This document shows, piece after piece, positions 37,097 through 46,635 of a DNA stretch of 56,206 bases (within the stretch, counting starts at the first letter, position 1; each line of letters starts with the position of its first letter). The position numbers and the translations under genes were made by a program. This DNA is from Bacteroides sp. SM23_62 (GTDB lineage Bacteria > Bacteroidota > Bacteroidia > Bacteroidales > SM23-62), in NCBI GenBank assembly GCA_001303955.1, contig LJUP01000001.1, positions 86,328-142,533 on the forward strand. The letters are read 5' to 3'. Below the pieces are notes generated by a model, which was not told the origin of the DNA, ran no database searches, and saw only the letters and a list, made by a program, of their open reading frames with translations.

Positions 37097-40000
37097 ATGA
37101 AGACGAAATTTCCTGAATATAAAGGGCTTGACCTGACCGGGATCAACAAGGAAATAGAAGCGTTCTGGAAGGATAAAAAAACCTTTGAACAGAGTCTTGC
37201 AATAAGGGAAAACAGTCCCGCTTTCATATTTTATGAGGGTCCCCCGTCAGCCAATGGCATCCCGGGTATCCACCATGTGATGGCCCGTGCGGTAAAAGAT
37301 ATCTTCTGCCGCTATAAAACCCAGAAGGGATATCGGGTGGACCGTAAAGCCGGATGGGATACACATGGACTTCCGATTGAACTGGCTGTTGAGCAAACAC
37401 TGGGGATTACCAAGGATGATATCGGAAAGCAGATATCCATTTCAGAATACAATGAGATCTGTCGCAGGGAAGTGATGAAATATACCAGGGAATGGGAAGA
37501 ACTGACCGACCGCATGGGTTATTGGATCAATATGCATGATCCATATATTACCTATGAGAACAAATACATTGAAACCCTCTGGTACCTGCTGAAAAAACTG
37601 TTTGAAAATGATCTGCTGTATAAGGGATATACTATCCAGCCTTATTCCCCGGCAGCGGGATCAGGGCTTTCCAGCCATGAACTGAACCAGCCCGGTTGTT
37701 ACCGGGATGTAAAGGATACCACCATTGTCGCTCTTTTCAAACTGATCGAGGATGACAGGTCGGCATTCCTTTATAAAGATACCGATACGGATGTTTATAT
37801 GCTGGCCTGGACAACGACTCCATGGACCCTGCCGTCCAATACTGCCCTGGCCATGGGACCATCCATGGATTATGTGAGCGTTAAGACCTATAACCCTTTC
37901 AGCGGGGATCCCATTACCGTGGTATTGGCCAAAGCCATGCTTGAGACTTATTTTCCTGCTGGGAACAAAGATCTGAAATGGGATTCATACAGGCCAGGGG
38001 ACAATAAAATACCTTACCAGATACTTGGCCGGTACAAGGGAAAGGCTTTTGAAGGGATCTCCTATGAACAACTTATCGACTGGGTAAGGCCCCGGAAACC
38101 TGCATTCAAGGTGCTGCCTGGTGATTTTGTGACCACAGAGGAAGGAACAGGTATTGTTCATATCGCCCCGACTTTTGGAGCAGACGACTATCGGATTGCA
38201 CAGCAATACGATATACCGGCGTTGATCGTCGTCGACAGGGAAGGGTATACCCAACCCCTGGTTGACAGGCATGGCCGTTTTTACAGAATAGATGAACTGG
38301 ATAAGGATTTTGTAAAGGAATATGTGAACCAGGAAACCTATGGTGAATTCTCTGGCAGGTTTGTGAAGAATGAATATGATGAAACCATCCCAGAAGGAGC
38401 AGAGACGGCAGATGTTGCCATAGCCATAGACCTGAAGCAGCAAAATAAGACTTTCCAGATAGCCAAATACGAGCATAATTATCCGCATTGCTGGCGGACG
38501 GATAAACCGGTGTTATATTATCCCATGTCTTCCTGGTTTATCCGGACCACCCGGGTCAAGGACAGGCTGATTGCCTTGAACAATACCATTAACTGGAAAC
38601 CTGCCTCCACCGGCACAGGACGGTTCGGGCAGTGGCTGGAGAACCTGGTGGACTGGAACCTGTCGCGTTCCCGTTTCTGGGGAACCCCGCTGCCGATATG
38701 GATGACCGAAGACAAGACGGAAATCAAATGCATTGGTTCCGTGGCAGAACTGAAAACAGAAATCGAGAAAGCCGTATCTGCCGGGATCATGAAGGAAAAT
38801 CCACTGGCTGAATATATCCCTGGTGATAATACCGAGGAAAACTATCAAAAATTCGACCTGCACCGGCCTTTTGTTGATGAAATCTGGCTGGTCTCGGAAA
38901 GTGGTAAGAAAATGTTCCGGGAAACAGACCTGATAGATGGTTGGTTTGATTCCGGGGCCATGCCCTATGCCCAGTGGCATTATCCTTTTGAAAAGAAAGA
39001 AGAATTTGACCAGCTGTTCCCTGCAGATTTTATAGCCGAAGGAGTTGACCAAACAAGGGGTTGGTTCTTTACCCTGCATGCCATTGCGACCATGATATCG
39101 GATTCGGTATCTTTCAGGAATACCGTATCCAACGGACTGGTCCTCGATAAAAATGGCAATAAAATGTCCAAGCGCCTGGGCAATTCTGTTGATCCCATTG
39201 AAACCATTGAAAAATACGGTGCAGATCCTCTCAGGTGGTACATGATGACCAATGCCCAGCCCTGGGATAACCTGAAATTTGACATGAATGGGGTGGATGA
39301 GGTGAAGAGAAAATTTTTCGGTACGCTTTACAATACCTATTCATTTTTTGCCCTCTATGCAAATATTGATGGCTTCAACTTCCGGGATGGGGTAATCCCT
39401 GTAAAAGAAAGGCCCGAGATTGACCGTTGGATCATATCACTGCTGAACTCCCTGACCAAGGAGGTGGATGAGCAATTCGGCAATTACGAACCAACCAGGG
39501 CAGGAAGGGCCATCCAGGATTTTGTCATTGAAAACCTGAGCAACTGGTATGTAAGATTGAACCGGAAAAGATACTGGGGAGGTGAATTTACTACAGATAA
39601 GAGGTCGGCATACCAGACCCTGTATACCTGTCTTGAAACCGTTTCCAGGCTGATGGCACCGATGGCCCCATTCTATGCAGAACGCTTGTTTACTGATCTG
39701 AATAGTGTTTCCGGGCATCACCATGCAGAGTCTGTGCACCTTACCGATTTCCCTGTGTATGATGAAAGTTGGATTGACAAGGGACTGGAAGAACGAATGG
39801 GACTGGCACAGAAAATATCCTCCATGGTTCTTGGTTTGCGAAGAAAGGTAAATATCAAGGTCCGGCAACCACTGAATAAGTTGATGATACCGGTAATTGA
39901 TAATGGCTTCCAGGAAAAAGTTAAAGCAGTCAAAGACCTGATCCTGGCAGAGATAAATGTAAAGGACATTGAATTCCTGACAGATACGAGCGGGATCCTG

Positions 40001-40543
40001 ATAAAACGTATCAAGCCCAATTTCAAGTCCCTGGGTCCCCGCTTCGGAAAACTGATGAAAACAATTGCCACTGAGGTACAGAAAATGACGCAAGAAGACA
40101 TTTCCCGCCTTGAGGCGGCAGGTGAGTGGAAACTGGAGACATCAGGCCAGGAAATAATGCTCCTTCCGGAAGATGTGGAGATCACTACAGAAGACATTCC
40201 AGGATGGCTGGTGGCCAATGATGGCAACCTGACAGTAGCCCTGGATGTAACAATTACCGATGAATTACGTTATGAAGGCATTGCCCGTGAGTTCATCAAC
40301 CGCATTCAGAATTACCGGAAAGAAAGCGGGTTTGAAGTTACGGACAAGATCAATATCATGATCATGAAGCATGAATCCCTGAATAAGGCCATTGATCAGC
40401 ACAGGGAAAACATCGGCATGCAGACCCTGGCTGAAAGCGTTCAGCTGGTGGATGATATGGATACGGAAAATGCAAGGAAAGTGGAACTTGAAGAAGGATT
40501 GTATACATGGATGAAGATCGAGAAAACAGCCAGCGATATATAA
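37097..40543 (+). CDS. ileS: Isoleucine--tRNA ligase, type 2
   Basis: EGPPSANGIPGIHH, GWDTHGLP, WTTTPWTLP, GTGIVHIAP, DQTRGWF, KMSKR; 1148 aa with no C-terminal zinc finger. Confidence 0.99.
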   Translation: MKTKFPEYKGLDLTGINKEIEAFWKDKKTFEQSLAIRENSPAFIFYEGPPSANGIPGIHHVMARAVKDIFCRYKTQKGYRVDRKAGWDTHGLPIELAVEQTLGITKDDIGKQISISEYNEICRREVMKYTREWEELTDRMGYWINMHDPYITYENKYIETLWYLLKKLFENDLLYKGYTIQPYSPAAGSGLSSHELNQPGCYRDVKDTTIVALFKLIEDDRSAFLYKDTDTDVYMLAWTTTPWTLPSNTALAMGPSMDYVSVKTYNPFSGDPITVVLAKAMLETYFPAGNKDLKWDSYRPGDNKIPYQILGRYKGKAFEGISYEQLIDWVRPRKPAFKVLPGDFVTTEEGTGIVHIAPTFGADDYRIAQQYDIPALIVVDREGYTQPLVDRHGRFYRIDELDKDFVKEYVNQETYGEFSGRFVKNEYDETIPEGAETADVAIAIDLKQQNKTFQIAKYEHNYPHCWRTDKPVLYYPMSSWFIRTTRVKDRLIALNNTINWKPASTGTGRFGQWLENLVDWNLSRSRFWGTPLPIWMTEDKTEIKCIGSVAELKTEIEKAVSAGIMKENPLAEYIPGDNTEENYQKFDLHRPFVDEIWLVSESGKKMFRETDLIDGWFDSGAMPYAQWHYPFEKKEEFDQLFPADFIAEGVDQTRGWFFTLHAIATMISDSVSFRNTVSNGLVLDKNGNKMSKRLGNSVDPIETIEKYGADPLRWYMMTNAQPWDNLKFDMNGVDEVKRKFFGTLYNTYSFFALYANIDGFNFRDGVIPVKERPEIDRWIISLLNSLTKEVDEQFGNYEPTRAGRAIQDFVIENLSNWYVRLNRKRYWGGEFTTDKRSAYQTLYTCLETVSRLMAPMAPFYAERLFTDLNSVSGHHHAESVHLTDFPVYDESWIDKGLEERMGLAQKISSMVLGLRRKVNIKVRQPLNKLMIPVIDNGFQEKVKAVKDLILAEINVKDIEFLTDTSGILIKRIKPNFKSLGPRFGKLMKTIATEVQKMTQEDISRLEAAGEWKLETSGQEIMLLPEDVEITTEDIPGWLVANDGNLTVALDVTITDELRYEGIAREFINRIQNYRKESGFEVTDKINIMIMKHESLNKAIDQHRENIGMQTLAESVQLVDDMDTENARKVELEEGLYTWMKIEKTASDI

Positions 40544-40591
40544 GCCAATTGACTTTAACTCAAGAGTATATTTCCATATATTATTTTTTCT

Positions 40592-40599
40592 TATATTTG
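40592..40599 (+). promoter_or_regulatory. -7 promoter element of the dksA-like gene
   Basis: TATATTTG, 17 bp upstream of ATG 40617. Confidence 0.6.
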
Positions 40600-40616
40600 C
40601 CAAAATTTTGAGAGAA

Positions 40617-40991
40617 ATGGGAGAGAAGACCAGATATTCAGACGAAGAGTTGAGGGAATTCAAAGAGATTATCCTCCAAAAACTCGATAAGGCCAGACAA
40701 GATTACGAACTGTTAAAAGAATCAATCACGCACGGGGAGAGCAATGATACTGAGGATACCTCCCCGACGTTTAAGGTCCTGGAAGAAGGAGCTGCCACAC
40801 TTTCAAAGGAAGAGTCAGGAAAACTTGCCCAGCGGCAATTGAAGTTTATCCAGCACCTGCAGGCCGCGTTGGTGAGGATTGAAAATAAAACTTATGGGGT
40901 TTGCAGGGTGACCGGTAAACTTATCAGTCCGGAACGTCTCAGGGCAGTTCCGCACGCTACCCTCAGCATTGATGCAAAACAGGCACAGTAA
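40617..40991 (+). CDS. DksA/TraR-family transcription factor
   Basis: Coiled coil then ALVRIENKTYGVCRVTGKLISPERLRAVPHATLS. Confidence 0.92.
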   Translation: MGEKTRYSDEELREFKEIILQKLDKARQDYELLKESITHGESNDTEDTSPTFKVLEEGAATLSKEESGKLAQRQLKFIQHLQAALVRIENKTYGVCRVTGKLISPERLRAVPHATLSIDAKQAQ

Positions 40992-41023
40992 AAAATGATC
41001 GGGCCATGCCCAATCATTTTTTT
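40990..41023 (+). terminator. Intrinsic terminator-like hairpin between the dksA-like gene and lspA
   Basis: AAAAAATGAT-c-GGGC-cat-GCCC-a-ATCATTTTTTT: long stem followed by a T7 tract. Confidence 0.7.
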
Positions 41024-41030
41024 ATCCCAT

Positions 41031-41717
41031 ATGTCCATCGGCAAAAAATCCATATTAATCATCCTGATCATCCTGACCATTGATCAGCTTTGCAAAATCC
41101 TGATCAAAACCAATATGAGCATCGGTCAGGAAATCCATGTGTTTGGCAACTGGTTTATCCTTCATTTTACCGAAAATAACGGGATGGCATTCGGCATGGA
41201 TCTGCCCGGGGAGAGCGGAAAGATCTTTCTGAGTCTTTTCCGTATCCTGGCAGTCACCGGGATTGCCTTCTACATGCGTTACCTGATCAGGCAAAAAGCA
41301 CATAACGGACTGGTCATATCAGTAGCCCTGATACTGGCAGGAGCTGCAGGGAATATTTTTGATTCCCTTTTCTACGGGATGATCTTTGACGATAGCTGGG
41401 GGAAAGTGGCTACCCTGTTCCCGGATGGAGGAGGATATTCATCCTTCCTGCACGGACGTGTGGTGGACATGTTATATTTCCCGGTCATAAGGGGTTACTG
41501 GCCAGACTGGTTCCCTTTCTGGGGGGGACAATCACTTGTTTTTTTCCGCCCGGTGTTCAACGTTGCTGATTCCTCTATCACCATTGGTGTTTTTATCATC
41601 CTGTTCTTTCAAAGGCGTCTTTTTACCGAGCAGAAGAAACCAACGGGAAAAGAGCCTGTTCCAGACACAGCGGGCAAGACAGAAACGACAGTGGAAACCA
41701 AAAAGACAGTTTCCTGA
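41031..41717 (+). CDS. lspA: Lipoprotein signal peptidase II
   Basis: DQLCK, NNGMAFG, GAAGNIFD, VVDML, FNVADSSI. Confidence 0.96.
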   Translation: MSIGKKSILIILIILTIDQLCKILIKTNMSIGQEIHVFGNWFILHFTENNGMAFGMDLPGESGKIFLSLFRILAVTGIAFYMRYLIRQKAHNGLVISVALILAGAAGNIFDSLFYGMIFDDSWGKVATLFPDGGGYSSFLHGRVVDMLYFPVIRGYWPDWFPFWGGQSLVFFRPVFNVADSSITIGVFIILFFQRRLFTEQKKPTGKEPVPDTAGKTETTVETKKTVS

Positions 41718-41729
41718 TCCTTCCAATGC

Positions 41730-43892
41730 TTATTCGGGCGCTTCAGCCAATACAAAATCCAGTTGTCTTTTAGCCAGGTTGGCCCTTGCCACTTCTATCA
41801 TTATTTCATCCCCCAGCTGGAATTGCCTGCCGGTCTTTTTACCGACCAGGCGGTAATTATCCTCATCATAGTCATAAAAATCATCGGTCAAATCCCTCAT
41901 GGAGATCATCCCTTCACATTTGCAGCCCACCAGCTCAACATAAATCCCCCATTCGGTAACACCTGAGATCACCCCATCGAAAACTTCTCCGATCTTATCG
42001 CTAAGGAATTCCACCTGTTTGTACTTGATGGATGCCCACTCGGCGTTCATGGCCTTGCGCTCCATTTCTGAGGCATGTTTGCAGCGGGCTTCATATTTTT
42101 TGTGGCTCTTGGAATCCCCGCCTTTCAGGTAATGATCCAGCAGGCGGTGGACCATCATATCCGGATAACGACGGATGGGGGAGGTGAAATGAGTATAATA
42201 GGGGAACCCCAGTCCATAATGTCCTATATTCATGGTGGAATACTCTGCTTTGGCCATGGTCCGGATGGCCAGGTTTTCTATCATATTCTGCTCTTTTTTC
42301 CCCCTGATCTCTTCCATCAGCCGGTTGATCGAACCGGATATCTGCTTTTTGCTTCCCATCCGGATCTGGTAACCCAGGCGTCTGATAAAATAAGCAAATG
42401 ATTCAAGCTTGTCCTGGTTTGGTTTATCATGGATTCGGTATACAAAGGTCCTTGATTTTGTTTGGGGGACAGATCCCGTGGATGGATTTTCAGAAGGCAC
42501 TTTACCGATTAACTCGGCCACCTTTTTATTGGCCAGCAGCATGAATTCCTCGATCAGCTGGTTGGATTCCTTGTTTTCCCGGTAATAAATCCCGGTGGGA
42601 TATCCACTCTCATCGATGTGAAATTTCACTTCCACCCGTTCAAAGGAAAAAGATCCCTCGTTGAACCTTTGTTCCCGAAGGACCTGGGCAAGTTTGTGCA
42701 GCTGGAGTATTTCATCGTGAAGCTCTCCCTGCCCTGTTTCAATAATAGCCTGGGCCTCTTCGTAGGAAAACCGGCGGTCTGAAAGGATGACCGTCCGGCC
42801 AAACCATTGATCTGCCACTTCAGCCTCTTCATCCATCTCGAATACAGCAGAGTAGCACAGCTTTTCCTCGTCCGGGCGCAGGGAGCAGACCAGGTTGGAC
42901 AATTTTTCCGGCAGCATGGGCACTACCCTGTCCACCAGATAAACAGAGGTGCCCCTTTCATATGCTTCCTGGTCCAGCAGGCTCTTTGGTTTTACATAAT
43001 GGGTTACATCTGCAATATGTATACCCACTTCCCAGTTCCCGTTCTTGAGTTTCTGCAGGGAGAGGGCATCATCGAAATCCTTGGCATCGACCGGGTCGAT
43101 CGTGAAGGTCTTTACCTTGCGGAAATCGCGCCGTTCGGCATAATCCTGGGGGGTTATCTGATGGGGCACCCCTTCGGCGGATTTCTCCACTTCATCTGTG
43201 AATTTTGAAGGAAGCTCAAATTCAGCAAGGATGGCATGCATCTCGACATCATGCACCCCGGGTTCACCGAGGACTTCAATAATCTCTCCAACAGGATTTT
43301 TCGAACCTTTTGGCCATTCGGTGATCCTGCCGATGGCTTTTTGTCCAGTTTCAGCTCCATTCAGTTTATCGGGAGGGATGAACAGGTCATAGGGCATTTC
43401 CTTGCTGTCAGGATTCAGAAAAGCCCAGTGCCTGGAGACCTCCACAATCCCCACAAAGGTTTTCCTGGCCCGTTCTATGATCTCAACAACTTCCCCTTCG
43501 GCCCGTTTTTCCCTTCTGCGGGCGTACAGGTAAACCTTTACATAATCCCCATTCAGGGCATGGTTCAGGTTGTTCCGCGAAACAAAAACGTCTTCTTCAA
43601 GGGCATCGGATAAAACATAGGCATACCCGAACTGGGTCATATCCACGGTGCCGTAAATATATCCCCCTTTTGATTTCAGTTTGTATTTCCCGGGATACAC
43701 CTCGACCAGGTCCTTTTTTTCTGCCAGGTGTTCAAGGATGGGAATGATCTGCCGCCTGGTTGCGACATCTTTTATATTAAGCCTTTTTGCCAGCTGTTTA
43801 TAATTGAAGGTCTGGCTCGGGCGGTTGGTAAAGACCCCCATCACAGCATTGGTAAGGACATCCCTGGACTGGTTCTTTTTCTTTCTTGCCAT
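41730..43892 (-). CDS. rnr: Ribonuclease R
   Basis: Cold-shock domains, TIDPVDAKDFDDA, HIADV, RGTSVY, IEEFMLLAN, HFTSPIRRYPD, C-terminal S1. Confidence 0.97.
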   Translation of the reverse strand: MARKKKNQSRDVLTNAVMGVFTNRPSQTFNYKQLAKRLNIKDVATRRQIIPILEHLAEKKDLVEVYPGKYKLKSKGGYIYGTVDMTQFGYAYVLSDALEEDVFVSRNNLNHALNGDYVKVYLYARRREKRAEGEVVEIIERARKTFVGIVEVSRHWAFLNPDSKEMPYDLFIPPDKLNGAETGQKAIGRITEWPKGSKNPVGEIIEVLGEPGVHDVEMHAILAEFELPSKFTDEVEKSAEGVPHQITPQDYAERRDFRKVKTFTIDPVDAKDFDDALSLQKLKNGNWEVGIHIADVTHYVKPKSLLDQEAYERGTSVYLVDRVVPMLPEKLSNLVCSLRPDEEKLCYSAVFEMDEEAEVADQWFGRTVILSDRRFSYEEAQAIIETGQGELHDEILQLHKLAQVLREQRFNEGSFSFERVEVKFHIDESGYPTGIYYRENKESNQLIEEFMLLANKKVAELIGKVPSENPSTGSVPQTKSRTFVYRIHDKPNQDKLESFAYFIRRLGYQIRMGSKKQISGSINRLMEEIRGKKEQNMIENLAIRTMAKAEYSTMNIGHYGLGFPYYTHFTSPIRRYPDMMVHRLLDHYLKGGDSKSHKKYEARCKHASEMERKAMNAEWASIKYKQVEFLSDKIGEVFDGVISGVTEWGIYVELVGCKCEGMISMRDLTDDFYDYDEDNYRLVGKKTGRQFQLGDEIMIEVARANLAKRQLDFVLAEAPE

Positions 43893-43989
43893 ATCAGACT
43901 TACTGCCTCAGGAAGGTATAAAATTTTCTCTATATCACTCAATTTTTATAAATTTCATTCATCAAATTGTCTGATAAAACCACCCTTAT

Positions 43990-45075
43990 ATGGAATTATT
44001 ACGCAAACTGCGTTTGAAAATCCTGCTTTTTATTGTTTTACCAGCCTGGTGTATCCCTGCGTTTGTTTTTAGCCAGGATGAGGAATCAGACCATTTTTAT
44101 TCTGATACCCTGTCCATACAAGCAGACATTTTCAACGCGGAGGAACCGATGGATATCACCTTGCGCTTTGATATCAAAAGCTATCGACGAAACAAATTCA
44201 AGGATGAATACCTCCCCGTGCAGTTAACCTACCATGTGAACGATACCCTGGATATCAATAAAAAAGTGAGGGTAAAAGCCCGTGGAGAAAGAAGGAGGGA
44301 AATTTGTAAACTGCCACCCTTCTGGCTTAACATCAAGAAGGCAAAAGTCGGGAACAAATACCTCGAAGGAACCAGTAAGATCAAGATTGTGACACATTGC
44401 TCGGATTCAAAACTATATGAGCAATACCTGATCAAGGAATACCTCACCTATAAGATCTATAATGAAATATCTCCCTATAGTTTCAGGGTCAGGCTCATCC
44501 GCATGAAATACATCGATACAGGCCGCAAGAACAAGGAAACCAGTTCATGGGCATTCATGATTGAGCCGGAAAAAATGATGGCAGAACGGCTGGATGTTTT
44601 ATCAATTAAGTCAGACAAAATTAGCATGCACTACACAGATACCTTATGCATGGATGTTGTTGCAGTTTTTATGTACATGATCGGAAATGCGGATTATTCC
44701 GTAGCCGGCAGGCATAACCTGAAACTGATCAGGCGTAAGGACCCGAGCCAGCCCCTGATAGTCCCGGTTCCCTATGACTTTGACTATGCCGGAGTGGTCA
44801 ATGCAAGCTATGCTATTCCCGGGGAAAACCTTGGCATCACCTCTGTGACGGAAAGGTATTTCACGGGTCCCTGCAGGGAGGATCAACATTATTTAACGGC
44901 CATTGAACAGATATATAAAAACAAAGACAGGATACTTGACATTGTTGATTCATCAACGTATCTGGATGAAAAAAACAGAAAGGAAATGAGCCGTTACCTG
45001 GTTGAATTTTTCACCGAGGCTGAAGGGGAACGTCTTTTGAGAAATATCCGGAGCACCTGTACGGGTAAACATTGA
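43990..45075 (+). CDS. Exported hypothetical protein with CotH-like atypical kinase motifs
   Basis: Signal peptide; KARG, KIKIVTHC, KEYLTYKIY, AFMIE, MIGNADY...HNLKL...PVPYDFDYAG. Confidence 0.6.
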   Translation: MELLRKLRLKILLFIVLPAWCIPAFVFSQDEESDHFYSDTLSIQADIFNAEEPMDITLRFDIKSYRRNKFKDEYLPVQLTYHVNDTLDINKKVRVKARGERRREICKLPPFWLNIKKAKVGNKYLEGTSKIKIVTHCSDSKLYEQYLIKEYLTYKIYNEISPYSFRVRLIRMKYIDTGRKNKETSSWAFMIEPEKMMAERLDVLSIKSDKISMHYTDTLCMDVVAVFMYMIGNADYSVAGRHNLKLIRRKDPSQPLIVPVPYDFDYAGVVNASYAIPGENLGITSVTERYFTGPCREDQHYLTAIEQIYKNKDRILDIVDSSTYLDEKNRKEMSRYLVEFFTEAEGERLLRNIRSTCTGKH

Positions 45076-45100
45076 TTACTGGATTCCTGTGTAAAAAGAT

Positions 45101-45108
45101 TAAATTTG
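45101..45108 (+). promoter_or_regulatory. -7 promoter element of the cysS operon
   Basis: TAAATTTG, 42 bp upstream of ATG 45151. Confidence 0.6.
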
Positions 45109-45150
45109 CTTACCAGAAAAGGCAATTAATCATTACAGCAGGCAGGTCTG

Positions 45151-46617
45151 ATGAAACTTTGTATTTACAACACACTTTCCCGTAAAAAAGAGATATTTGA
45201 ACCGCTCCATCCGCCGTTGATCGGGATGTATGTATGTGGTCCGACGGTTTACGGGGACCCGCATCTCGGGCACGCCCGCCCGGCCATTACTTTCGATCTG
45301 GTTTTCCGTTACCTGAAACACCTTGGATACAGGGTTCGCTATGTAAGGAATATAACCGATGTGGGCCACCTGGAGGCAGACCAGGATTTCGGGGAGGACA
45401 AGATCTCCAAGACGGCAAGGCTTGAACAACTGGAACCCATGGAGGTGGTCCAGATGTATACCAATGAATACCGGCTGAAAATGATGCAGTTGAATGTTCT
45501 TCCACCCAGCATCGAACCCGCAGCTACAGGTCACATGATTGAACAACAGGCCCTGGTGGAAAAGATCCTGGAAAACGGTTTTGCCTATGAAAAAGCGGGG
45601 TCTGTATATTTTGATGTTGAAAAATACAACCGGAACAACAATTACGGAAAACTGTCAGGGAGAAAAATCGAGGACCTGATCGCCAGTACAAGGGAACTGG
45701 AAAAACAACAGGAAAAAAAAAGCCCGCTGGATTTTGCCATCTGGAAAAATGCTGACCCGGAACACCTGATGAGGTGGCCATCCAGGTGGGGTGAAGGATT
45801 CCCCGGCTGGCACGTGGAATGCTCCGTGATGAGCGCCAAATACCTCGGAACGGAGTTTGATATACACGGAGGCGGCATGGACCTGCTGTTCCCTCACCAT
45901 GAGTGTGAGATCGCACAGACCGTTGCCGGTTACGGTAAAGAGGCAGTACGGTACTGGATGCATAATAACATGGTCACACTCAACGGCCAGAAAATGGGTA
46001 AATCACTGGGCAATGCCATCAGCCTGGAACAATTCTTTTCAGGAGAACATTCATTGCTGGAAAAGGAATATCATCCCATGACCATTCGTTTCTTTATATT
46101 GCAGGCACACTACCGGAGCACCCTGGATTTCTCCAATGAAGCACTGCAGGCTGCTGAAAGGGGACTCGAAAGATTATTTGACGGCATGAAAACCCTTGAC
46201 AGGATCACACCATCGGAGAAATCAACGATGGACCTGGAACAGCTGGAGAAATCGTTTTTTGAGGCCATGGATGATGATTTTAACAGCCCCATTGCCATTT
46301 CCCATTTATTCGAGGGGATAAAGACCATCAACAATGCTGCAGCCGGAAAGGAGTCCATGACAGAAAATGACCTGGAAAAATGCAGGCAATTCTACCATAA
46401 GGCTGTCCAGGAGATTCTGGGCCTCCTACCGGAGGGGAAAGCTTCGGGGGACCAGGAACTGACAAGAGAGCTGATCGAACTGCTGCTGCAGATGAGGACA
46501 GATGCAAGGAAAAACAAGGATTTCGATATGGCCGACAGGATCCGTGATGAGATGGCCCGACTTGGTGTGGAAGTAATGGATACCAAGGATGGCTTTGAAT
46601 GGAAACTGCACAGGTAG
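45151..46617 (+). CDS. cysS: Cysteine--tRNA ligase
   Basis: YVCGPTVY...[33 protein letters not shown]. Confidence 0.99.
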   Translation: MKLCIYNTLSRKKEIFEPLHPPLIGMYVCGPTVYGDPHLGHARPAITFDLVFRYLKHLGYRVRYVRNITDVGHLEADQDFGEDKISKTARLEQLEPMEVVQMYTNEYRLKMMQLNVLPPSIEPAATGHMIEQQALVEKILENGFAYEKAGSVYFDVEKYNRNNNYGKLSGRKIEDLIASTRELEKQQEKKSPLDFAIWKNADPEHLMRWPSRWGEGFPGWHVECSVMSAKYLGTEFDIHGGGMDLLFPHHECEIAQTVAGYGKEAVRYWMHNNMVTLNGQKMGKSLGNAISLEQFFSGEHSLLEKEYHPMTIRFFILQAHYRSTLDFSNEALQAAERGLERLFDGMKTLDRITPSEKSTMDLEQLEKSFFEAMDDDFNSPIAISHLFEGIKTINNAAAGKESMTENDLEKCRQFYHKAVQEILGLLPEGKASGDQELTRELIELLLQMRTDARKNKDFDMADRIRDEMARLGVEVMDTKDGFEWKLHR

Positions 46618-46635
46618 CTGCATCATGGAATAGCT

